Source: Vicugna vicugna (taxonomy: Eukaryota). From it: a stretch of DNA of 64,000 bases. Numbering within the stretch: the first letter of the stretch is position 1; each line of letters opens with the position of its first letter. A program made the position numbers and the translations under genes. The notes under the pieces were generated by a model that was not told the DNA's origin, did no database searches, and saw only the letters and a program-made list of their open reading frames with translations. This document shows positions 1 through 11,282 of the stretch, in pieces. The stretch covers positions 1,201,527 through 1,265,526 of the forward strand of contig MU058065.1 in NCBI GenBank assembly GCA_013265495.1. The letters run 5' to 3'.

Positions 1-554
1 TCTCACATATGAAGAGTTTATTTTAAAATGGTCAATGGATTCTCAGCATGCACTTAAAAATGTATCAACCACAGTTTCATTGTTTCCTCTTTTGCTCTGT
101 TGAGGCTTAAATTATTGAGGACTTATTGTTACTGGAATATTTTTTATTTCACAAGAAAATGATTCTTTCTGTTTTTGTTTTACAAAATGTCACAGACATT
201 GCAAGACATTCCAGGTGGGCTGAACTTTTTGAAAACAATGATATCATTAAAAATTGGACATAAAAGCTGCTCTGAGAATCAGATCATGAGTTTGGAGCCT
301 GCATGGTTCTTTCTGAGAGCTCAGAGGGTCCTGTCTGCTCTCTGCAGTGTCACCATGTAAAAGGGAAGCTTAGCATTCGGATCTTGAATTTGGAATCTGG
401 CCTAAGTAGCCCAAGTGAACTGCCAAATTGGCTCAGGTAGAAGCAACTGATGGGTGGACCATCACCCATGTCTAAATCTCACCACCAAAATAATGCATTA
501 TTTCCCCCCTCCTTATTCTCTTCTTTTTCAGAGTTACTTTTTGAAGTCAGTTAC

Positions 555-705
555 ACCTGAGCTCAACCTCAATCCTGCACCTCACTCTGTGATCTTGGCA
601 AATGTATTAAAGTCTCCAAGGCTCACCTTCTCTTATCTGTGAAATGGAGCAAGATAAAATCTAACTCATCTGGATTAAACAGACAGTGCATGTAAAAAAT
701 GTATA
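555..705 (+). mobile_element. MIR SINE fragment
   Basis: ctctgtgatcttggcaaatgtattaaagtctcc...ttctcttatctgtgaaatggag resembles the MIR core. Confidence 0.7.
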
Positions 706-1023
706 GGATTTGCTATGAAATGAACACTAAATCAGTATCAGCTGATTCCTTTATAACTGTTTATATCTTTCTTATATTGTGCACATTCTTGAAAACTAAC
801 CATTCTAGAATTTCAAAAATCCCCCCAAAGTGCCCTTGAAGCTTTATTTTACATCTGGATCAATAACGCACCTAGAGAACTTGACTGTGAGTACAATTCT
901 AAAGCCCAATTTCTTGTTGCTTTCAAATCATGCATTTGGGGAGGGCAGAATACCTGTGAAATTCCTTTCAGAAGAACTGGCCTGAGGGATTCCAATTAGG
1001 TCAACAAAAACCAATGGACGGAC

Positions 1024-1236
1024 CATGGCTTGGGAAATTATGGCCCACAGGCCAAATCTGGTCCTCCACTTGTTTTTCTAAATTAAGTTTTATTGGAATG
1101 CTGCCATGCTCATTGTGTTAATTATTAATGAAGGTGTTTTCATGCTTCAGTAGCAAAGTTGAGTAGTTGCCACGATGACTTTATGGTCCTCAAAGCCTAA
1201 AATAACCACCATCTGAAAATGCTTGATGACTCATGG
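1024..1236 (+). mobile_element. MER58A-like hAT-Charlie DNA transposon
   Basis: tatggcccacaggccaaatctgg...aagttttattggaa...gttgagtagttgc...caaagcctaaaata follows the MER58A consensus. Confidence 0.85.
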
Positions 1237-1860
1237 ACTAAAGGGTACCCGAGAAGGAAAGTACAGGTAGAGGGGGTTCCTAATAAACAAAGCTGCAAAA
1301 TGATGCTCAGAACTCTGATCTGTCATTTTTCCAAACTCCATCTTGATCCCATATCGAGAAGGAGCCCAGCCTAACAGTGAAGAGAGAGGAACCGTCGACT
1401 ATATGACTGGGACAAAAATGAAAATTTTAAACTATAAATGAGTAACTTCATCCCCTTCCTCACTTCCCAAGGAGGAAGAATGCTGTGTGGCAGGGCCAGC
1501 CCAGGGACCCCCTGTCTCGTGCAGAGTTCAGGTACTGCGCGAAGAATGGAGGAGAAAGGATGAACCTCTTTTGTTTCCTCATCAGACCCCAGTATCAGAG
1601 TTGCCTTGATCTGCACAAGAAGAGCTTAACCAGGGAGGAAGGGGGTGGAAAGAAGAGAGCCTGAGTTGTCTGGCGAGAAGACAATTAGGAGGTTAGAGAC
1701 AGGAAAGAGCATCGCTTTGTTAGGGTTTCTCTGGATAGAATGACCTGTTGGCTACTCTTTGAGAGTTTTCAGCAAAGATCTGTACCATATGAGCATCCCC
1801 TCAAATTACACCGTATCACTAACTTCCTATGAATTCATGAGTAAGTTCTCATGATATCAA

Positions 1861-1962
1861 ACATTCACTTAAATATAATTATTGAGCATCTACTGTTCCA
1901 GGTGCTGCAGACACAGCAAAGCGAAGCTAACTCCTGCCTTCATGCTCTACGTATTTCAGTGG
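1861..1962 (-). mobile_element. L2 LINE 3' fragment
   Basis: attcact...tattgagcatctactgttccaggtgctgcagacacagc...cctgccttcatg is a typical reverse L2 3' end. Confidence 0.6.
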
Positions 1963-2044
1963 GCAAACTTAACTTTCCTTTGCTGCTGTGAGTTCTAAGT
2001 CCTCTGCATACCTGATGTCACTGGTTTCCTATAACATCACAAGT

Positions 2045-2195
2045 ATGTACTATTATTATCATCACCACTTTGTCATGGAAAAAACTGCAGCCTAGAGAGT
2101 CTGAGTACTTCGTCCATGATCACACAGCCAGAAGGAGTTAGGCACAAAATCTGACCTGGAAAAAAGTCTTCACACTTTTACATGCTATACTATAC
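2045..2195 (-). mobile_element. MIR SINE fragment
   Basis: tattattatcatcaccactttgtcatggaaaaaactgcagcctagagag...gatcacacagccagaagg. Confidence 0.6.
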
Positions 2196-3002
2196 TATGG
2201 GTTCAGATGGAAATATTAAATAAGTAGAAAAACAAAAAGAACAAAGAGATGAGTATAACATGAAACTAATTTTCCAGAGGACACTCTAAGTTTCTTTTGA
2301 TTTCAATTATTCAGAATTTATTCCCAACAAACCTCATTTTTCTTCATCTGTATGTTTCCCACTATAACAAATTTAAACTTGAGCTTAAATTTTCATATCC
2401 TCTCTCTCTCTCTCACATAAACACACAGGCACACACATAATTCCACTTTCTCCTAATCCAGTCATCAAACTGAAGATTAGACATTTATGTAACATGTATG
2501 TTGAATTAGTCCAATTTCATTATTATTAACAGTATTTGCATATGAAATTACCTTCATTAAAGTGGCTGCTAAAATCTGTTATAATACAGCTCTTACTGGC
2601 TGTATATAATCCAAAAATAAAACAAATCTAACACCCCAAACATTTCTCTGTTTTTGAATTATTTTCTCCATGGCAGGTAGTTTCCTTTCTACCATAGGGC
2701 AAAAGATGTGAATTCTTAAAAGTATTAGAAAGTCCACTTTCAAACAGACAATAGAAAGCCTCCTTTAATTTTTTTCTCCTTCATAATTTTTCCCATTCCA
2801 AGAGTATGTCAAGAATTTAATTGCAGCATGAAATTCACCAGTTATAAAATACTATATGTGTGCCCTTGGCTTCTAAAGCAGGATGCATAAATAATTTGCT
2901 TAATGGCCTCTAACATGAGACCTCAATTTAATAACCAAAGTGCCCTTACTTGCTGGATAAATTCCTGGTGAGAAACGCTCTGTGGGTCATCCATCAATGG
3001 CT

Positions 3003-3005
<3 letters not shown>

Positions 3006-3038
<33 letters not shown>
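3006..3038. repeat. (CA)n microsatellite
   Basis: Uninterrupted CA run of about 16 units. Confidence 0.97.
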
Positions 3039-3040
<2 letters not shown>

Positions 3041-6000
3041 TAAAATAAAAATAAAAATTCTGATATGTCAAGCTGACTAGTGTGAGTAAATCATACAGAT
3101 GACTATACCATTCACGGAAGTACACGAGCTCCCTTGTCCCGTAGCTGTGTCGGACCTGTGCCTGGTTGACGGTATACAGTGGACGGTATACACTCCACAG
3201 ACATGAATTTGCCACGTACTCAGTTTATTTGCCTCCATTTTATTAAAATTCTCTCCCTTAAAAAAAATCAATTTCTATTGTGTAGGTGGCCAAAAGTTTG
3301 GCTACTAGAAAAGCAATGTTGCCGTAGTGATTAAGGGCCAGTTTAGACATACAGCTTTCAGTATGATGGAAATAGCTTGAAATTATCTTCAGCTTACTTT
3401 GGAGGATTCTCTTAATGACTATCCTTGACGAGCATTTTGCAAACTTACTTATAAATTCAGAGACTGGAGAAGAAGAGGACGAAGTCTGGCATTTTAGTGA
3501 CCTGGCTAAGAAGCCCCTGACCTCTCTGCTCCCTTTTTATTTTTCTCCTTACTTTTTATCTAATTTATTTCCATTTGCTGCTTTGGTTTTAGAAGGACTA
3601 AGTCTTGCCCTGTGCAACAAAAGTATCTACGTGCACTGGTAGACAATGCAATTACTTATATGCACCTTTAAAGTTACCTGTCTAAACTACAGAAATCAAG
3701 ACCAGGGGCTTTAGAATTCCCTCAAATTATATTTTCCTCTCTTTTTGCCTTTATATTTATTTTACAGTCCCAATAAAATAATAATGGAGCATGATTTTGG
3801 TACTCTAGGTCTCAAAAGACATTGCTCAAAAATTTAAAAAATCCCTCTGCTAATTTATAAGCCATGCACAATAGAGGACTCTTCCTATGGTTTATATAAG
3901 TGTGGGCTGTATCATTTATGTGGCTATTGCTTTGCCCAGAGAAGGTAATTAGGGTTTAAATAACACAAATTGAGATTGGAGAACATACACAGAAAGTATG
4001 CAAATGGGACTTTTGATGAATTTGAAGTACATATACCTATGAAGAAAAATAATTTGATGAAATTTTAATTCATTGCCCCACTCTCATTTTGAATATTTTC
4101 GTCATTAATTTTTTAAAATCTATTTTTAACGAATTTAAAAGGAGTGAGGGAAATGCCCATTTTCTTCAAAGTTCAGACATGACTATAAACAAAAATTAAA
4201 TAAAATGTTGACTTTAAGATACATCAGGTTGGACCTTAAATGCACAACATTGCATTTCATCCAGAATTTTAGGGACTATATAGGATCCACGAGAGGAATG
4301 AAATGTCTCCAAACCATCCACTTGGGAAATTTTATAAAAAGATAACTTATTTCCATGATTGATAACATCTTCATGATCCATACAATAAAAGGATGAGATT
4401 TTCATTAACTAAATTGACTACTGGAGGGTTGAAAGCAGTTTTCCCATCACATCTTACTTCCTCTCTGCCAGAATTAATTGCATCCTTATCAGGAGCTAAG
4501 AGCTGGTAGTTGGCACGTGGAGATAGTTTTATTGCATCAGGTTGATTGTTCTGAGTCTGTTCATTAAAGCGAGTTTTATCTGCATGACTGAGGTAACACA
4601 ACATGCGTGCATTATTAACGCACATCTTTGAAAGACAAAGATGCACACATTTGTCTAGAAGGTCAGGCCACAAGAGGAACATTCTTCCCCATGTTCACTG
4701 AGGCCACTTTGTTTTGTTCCCAGGTTATCATTCACACAATAGTTCATACCTGCCATCCAGCTGGACTGAGCTTCTCATTCAACTCCAGGGGACAGAGGTC
4801 ATTCCGTTTCCATGTTAACTAAATCAGTCTGCCTCAAACCAAGATTGCCAATTGTGTTAAATTAAAGATAGAGGGTCTTTGTTGGAGGCAACATATACAG
4901 GGGACTATGTTGACACCTTTAAGCTGACTTCTTTTTAGAATTCTAAGTCACGTTGAAATGGAAAGGCTTGGGCAGATAGGGTCACTGCATTAATGACAAA
5001 TCCAAAGGCAGCCTTCCTTCCTAAAACCCAATCCCTTCCTAATCTTTCATTCTTTCACTCTAACGCAATCACAGACCAGCACGGGCTTAGTGTTCCCATC
5101 TCATTTCAAAATGCTCTCTTACATGCACGATATCTCTTTAGAGACTTTTGATCTTGTAAAGAGTAATCAAATGCTTTCTCTTCTTCTATAGGTTGAAAAG
5201 CATGTGCTTTTGTTTTCAGGCCATCTGTGAAACCAATGGAATTCTTTAGAAAAATCCTTCAAACCAGAGTCTCATAAGGGCATATTATATTGTCTCTTTA
5301 AAAAGTATCTGACTATAATAGTGGATGCTCTGGCAGCTAGCCGTGGGGAAGGATGTTAGCTATGGTATCCATCAGTAAACAGAATTGTCCATGGGTAGAA
5401 ACCAGACTAAGATGCTGTAATGAAAATATTCATGGAAGTATTTAGTTACTCTGTTTCCCGTTCCTGTGCACCCTCCTTGTCTTGTGCCTGTTTCCCTGTG
5501 ACAGATCCTGCAGAGATCTCTCCGCACTAACACGACACTCTCATCTGGCTTTGAGAGCACTGTATTGACTACCCACTTTTCCGGTTGTATTTTTAGCTAA
5601 CACTTTTGGCAATGATGTTTAATTGGATCACTCCCTGCCAGTTTATTTTTGGTAGATTGGTTCACAGGGTCCTATTCAATGGCTTGGCTCTCCAGTTATG
5701 TACCCTTTTGGCAGTTGGTGGTGGTGTTCATTCAGACAGACATTATTCTTTCTTTCACCTGTGTATACCAGTCTAACCTGGTGAAAAAAATCCATCATGA
5801 GTCAGGGGAAGCTCAGCATGGCATGTATTATTGGTATTGTGATTTGAGTGGCAGCCAACCAACAATTTATCTACCTGAATTGGGCGAGACATCACTAATG
5901 CACACGGCAGATTGATTGTACATCTCTCGCAGACGTATTCTTTATTAATGAGATTCAGTATGATTTGCTAAAAAGGCTTTTACTGGGCAGTCATTTTCTG

Positions 6001-6148
6001 TCCCCCTCCCCCATCTCTCTTTATTCCATTTAATCTGTTGGACCACGTACCATGTTTGGAAAATGTGTTTCTCTCTTCTATTTTTATTTGAAATACCTAG
6101 GCTCTTTGAAATAATTGTGCACAGTTGAACAAAGCCAACATGCACGTG

Positions 6149-6186
6149 CACACACACACAAACACACACACACACACACACACACA
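6149..6186. repeat. (CA)n microsatellite, one interruption
   Basis: Direct reading. Confidence 0.95.
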
Positions 6187-8059
6187 GAGCAGATTGGAAT
6201 TGAAGTCTATTACTTAAACACAGGAACTAAGGAAAGGAATTAAAATCCTAAAAAGATCTGAAAGAGAAACAAAAGTGAAATTATACGGAAAAGAAGACAC
6301 AATCTAAGAATGGAATTTGGCCTTTGAAAGAACTAATTTCTAGAAATGAATGTGTCTGTACTAACAAGAGTTGAAAGCACATGGGGTTTCCTTCTAAATA
6401 AGATATGTTACTTGTATTGATCTGCTGAGACTTGGGAGTTGCTGAGGTTTGGGGCCTTCAAAGAGAGCTCAGTAAAAATTCAGAGAAAAGGCTTAAACTC
6501 CTCACCTCTTAACCTTTTGCTTCATTATCCAGAGGCCACAGGGCAGAAGGGAATAATTTACATCAATCACAATGAGTTTTTTTTCTAAAACACTTTAAAG
6601 GGAACATAAGGGTAAATTATTTCAGATTCTAGTCTCACCTGGATCAAACATTCTCTACAATATAATTTCATACTTGGTTTGGAAGGGGGATAAAAAAGGA
6701 AATCACCCCGCTTCTCTTGAGAGAAGATTCCACACGTACTCTCATTGCACTATAGATATTTCCCCATTATCTTTTTTGAAACTCTCCATTACTGTTTTTT
6801 TTTGTAAATCACCAAATGTCATCTCACCCCCAAACAAAATAAAATAGCATCTGCTGAAAGAATAACGTTTCTTTAAAAATGATCCATAAAATAACTTGCT
6901 TGACAAATGATTTCTAGCCCTGTTTTGTCATTTATCTCCAAAACAAATACTATTTCAATTGTGTATCATAACAGGCATCACAGACATCGGGACAATTTTT
7001 TTAAATTATATGTGACAATCTAAAAGCAAGCATCCTAGGAGGTTAAGAATCCCTCTAGGAAGATTCTTAGAGGCTCAGGTTTCTCCATGCAATTCTGATT
7101 CTCTTTGAAAAAGAGCTGAATAGGTCAAAGTTACAATTACTGCATCAAGTAATATGAAGGGAAGAGCTGTTTCCTGGTGCAGAGGGCAGTCAGAGGTTTT
7201 TGTGTGGCTAGCCTCCCCTCAGAATCCTCAAAACAATATGAAGCTGAAATCTTTTAGTAGCATTTACACTGCAATGTGGAAACTACGTTGCTCTCCAGAA
7301 AAGAAATCAAATCACAAAGAATTTTTTACCATCATTTTAGATTGTAGCTCCTATAGATATTAAGTAGTTATTTCACCTTCCCGAGTCTTTATTTCTTTCT
7401 CTGTTTAGCTTTAGCCTAAATGTTACAGCAGTTCCCTCCCAGAAAGCATACATTTCCACAAAAAAGAATAAAAAATTTAGCAGCTCGTGTGCCAAGAGAG
7501 AAAACTTTCAGGGTCGTTCCCTGAAAATATCTGGGAATTCATTAGTGAATTACATTTGAAATTTCACATGCTGTGCTAGCTTATTTACTGTCCCTTCGGG
7601 AAATCCATCATCAGTGCATTGAGTGAGTTCGATACAATCTGATCTGACAAATGTTTCAAAACCTACTATGCACAAGAGGCAATTTCTCTGCTCTTGGAAG
7701 CCAGTTTAATAATTAAGATGAAAACTACCAATTAGTGCATCCTTTTAAATCTATTCATGTGCCAAAATTCTTTCAGTCCTCATGTAATTTTAACTATTTT
7801 AGGAGAAAGCACACAAAAAGAAATGTGTACACAGAGAAGATGAAACTAAATGATAAAGTAAAAAATTCACATTTAGGGGCTGAGCGCCTGTGTCATTTGC
7901 AATCGCTCAAAGCAAACAATCCAATCTCTTTCCTTGTGTTGGTTTCTACCTGAATGGAGATAAGAGTTTTTGGGCATGGTGACATACGTCATTATTAATG
8001 TAGCCACATTATGTGATGAAGATGAAGGCAATAATAATGACAGTAAAAGCAATAAAAGT

Positions 8060-8310
8060 AATAATACTAACAATAATGTCAGCTACTAATTCTAAGCAGT
8101 TATGATATGCTGGCTACTCCACTGGTCATTTCACTTGTGCTGTATCTTTATTTTTCTTAACAATACAACAAAGTGAATATTATTATTTCCAACTAACAAG
8201 TGAGTAAACATAACTTTAAGAATTAAGGACCACTTTATGAATCCCACTAAAGCTAGGACGTGGAAGAAACCAATCCCACTTTAAGTCCAGGGACTAGGGT
8301 TGTCCCACTA
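8060..8310 (-). mobile_element. MIR SINE (degraded)
   Basis: aataatgtcagctactaattctaagcagttatgatatgctggc...tattattatttccaactaacaagtgagtaaac. Confidence 0.55.
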
Positions 8311-8929
8311 CTCCGTTATCCTCTCCTGTACCCACACATACACACACACTGTTGCTCTAAATTTCCATCTTGCAATAGGATAATAATCTATGGATTTACT
8401 GAAATACTCAAGAACAGGAAAAGTACCCAATATGCATCAATTAACGAACGAATTATCTCTGTCTCCATCATTACATAAATGAACATGACCAATGCCAATA
8501 ACTGAATCTACCCATCAGTAGAGCATTTTTTCCTTCACAAAAATGTCAAGTATTCTGCAGCCCTACATCTGCCTTTGATCTTGCTTCTTGGATTACAGGA
8601 CCAGGATGATTATCTCGGCCCTAACTGGAAAGCATCAGGGAGTGCAGATCATGTAGCTCTTAGAATCACAATCACTTACTCCACTAACTCTGCACAAAGG
8701 CAGAGACCTCCGGGCAATTGTGCATTTGCTTTGGTTAATCTACATGCTTGTCCTTTTCTGAATAAACATTTAAAAAAAAACTTTCCTCAAACTTAAATGT
8801 GTGTATGTGTACAACTTTGAGTTTTCTAAAAGTATTTCAATTTTCTGTAAAATTCTTTAATCTCATAATACAACATATGAAAAATGAAACATAAAATTCT
8901 TATTACAAATATCAGCAAATCATTGAAAA

Positions 8930-9832
8930 CCTAACAGACATCTGAATACGCTCCAATGAGAATACGCTTTCTCATCAAAACCCTTTCTCCGCCGTCTTCC
9001 TCCTCTCAGCAAATGGAAATTCCACTCTTCCTCTTGCTCTCACATCTCTCATCCAGTCTGGCACCGAATTCCATCAACCCTACCTTCAACATGTATCTCC
9101 AGTGCCACCACTTCTCCTCCTGCCCAGTGCTGCTGCCCTCTGGTCCTTGCCACCATCTGTCCTCCTCACGATCGTTTCTACAGCCTCTCAGCTGATGCTC
9201 CTGCCTTCCTGCACCACGTAGCAGCCAGAATGATCTCCCTCTGAGTTACAGAAGTCAGATCATGCCATCCTTTTGTCTCCAAACACTGCAGTGAGTTCTT
9301 GTCTCATCTCAACCGAGTAAAAGCCAAAGTCCTGACAGTGACCTCCACGGGCCGTGTCTGGACAAGACCTGACCCCGTTACTTTCAGCCTGACCTTCTGA
9401 CCCCTTCCGGCAGCCACACTGACCTCCTTGCAGTGCCTCCGACATGTTAGAGATGCTCCCTTCTAGACTTCTTCTCTGGATGCTCCTTCTTCCTGGAAAT
9501 GTCAGCCCCAAAGATCCACACAACTTCTTCTCTCACTTCAGGCCTTTACTCAAACGTGACAGCCCTAGTGAGTCTTTTTGTGACTCATGTTTGTAAAGAT
9601 TGCACTCTTTCCACACCCCTGACCCTGCAATGCCCTGAGTTAGTTTTCTTAGAATCCGTAACATTTTAACTTACTCTCTGCTTTACTTGCTGTCTGTCTC
9701 CCTCACCCACCCACAGCAGATTGGAAATCCCATGAGGGCGAGTGTCTATTGCTATTCTGTCCTCTGCTTTATCCCACGCACCTAGAACTATGCCTCATAT
9801 AAGAGATGCTCCATAAAGGCTTAATGAAAGAA
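8930..9832 (+). mobile_element. L2a LINE 3' portion
   Basis: gcagccagaatgatct...aagtcagatcatgcca...gagtaaaagccaaagtcctgacagtgacc...cccatgagggc...cacctagaactatgcctcatata; pyrimidine-rich L2 3' region. Confidence 0.85.
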
Positions 9833-11194
9833 CCTATATAGAAACAAAATGGCCACGCAACACATATAAACATCACTGTAACTGAAAATTAAAAAGTCTT
9901 CTTGGTAAAGCTCTTCTTCATGGCTGAACCGCTTCATTTCTTGTCCAAACATCAGGACACACGGAGTGGTCTACCAAGTCCCAGATCAAAGATTAAAACG
10001 CAATTTACTAATTAAAATAATGGATTTTCAGTGTCTTCCTTTTATTTTTTAAAACATCTTCCTTGTACATCTTAATGAAAGTGCCTTTCTTTAAATTTTT
10101 TCCCCCTCTGCTTCCTGGCAGGCTATGGACATGAATATTCTGCCATGTATTTCCAAATATGAACGTTATCGAGAATAACTTTTCTCTCGAGGCATGTGTT
10201 TCAAGCAGAGATTCCTTTCTGGAGAGGGTCTTGATTTCCCTTCTCTTCATGATTAAAATTAATTTCAAGGTGACCCATACATTTATAATGAAGATGTTTC
10301 CTTCAGGCTACGTCAAAGTTGGACCGAAGCCTCGGAGCTGTTTTATTAGCATGCTCGGCCTCTGTTCTAGCAGCTTCATTTGTTACGTTAGACACGTTCC
10401 CTAAGCCGTATTGCATTTTTAGTAGTTAAAAAAATCCCCTGACTCATAGCCTTACTCCATAATAATTTCTTTTCCTTATCTGGGTTTTGAACATCTTCCA
10501 AAGGCCATGTTCATTTAAAGATTGAGAATATCCTCCAACAGCCCGAAGAATATAAAAAAGCAGCCCAAGACTCAGTTCAAGACTGTTGCCCGATTAATCT
10601 GCAACCATCCCTAAATATTTAACACTACTTCTGAAAGAAAGATTACCTTCAATTTTCCAATGGGGTTCTTTTCAGTAATTCAGATTGCCATAGGTTTGGA
10701 TGTTCGGAAGGTCCACTCTTTGCTGCGATTTCCTCGGCATTAAAACAGCTTAATTCTCAGGCTGACTGACAGTCTCCTACGGGGTTGCGTTCTAAAAAGC
10801 CCCTCCTCTTGCCAACATCTGTCTGTTTATTTCAGATATAGAACAGACACAGAGCTTCTTTACATGTAAAGTCAGCGCTAGGGTCTGGATAGAATTAAAG
10901 TTGAAACAACCAGAAATATAAATAGCCCTCAAACAGGTATGTGAGAAGAATAAAGGCTTACCTGAGCCATTAAGGGTCCCTCTTTATGTGGCCTCTAATT
11001 GGCCTGGCAGGTGACAGGGAAAAATCTAAAATCACCTCTATCACAAACATAGATGTAATGTGAATGGGAAATAGATGAATGCTGTAGTTTGTAAGAATTC
11101 TCTTAGGACCGTGGTGACCCTGGCTGAAAACAGTAGACCAGCAGGACAGACACCATTTTGACTTATAAACACACAACAGTTAAAATGGGCGAAT

Positions 11195-11282
11195 GTGGTG
11201 TCCTTAGGCTAAGTGGGGAAAGTTAATATTAATGAGCCTAAGTGGTGTCCTTAGATATATGCTCATTAATATTAACTTTCCC
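11195..11282. repeat. Perfect 22-bp inverted repeat with overlapping 13-bp direct repeat
   Basis: gggaaagttaatattaatgagc (11216-11237) / gctcattaatattaactttccc (11261-11282); gtggtgtccttag at 11195-11207 and 11242-11254. Confidence 0.95.
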
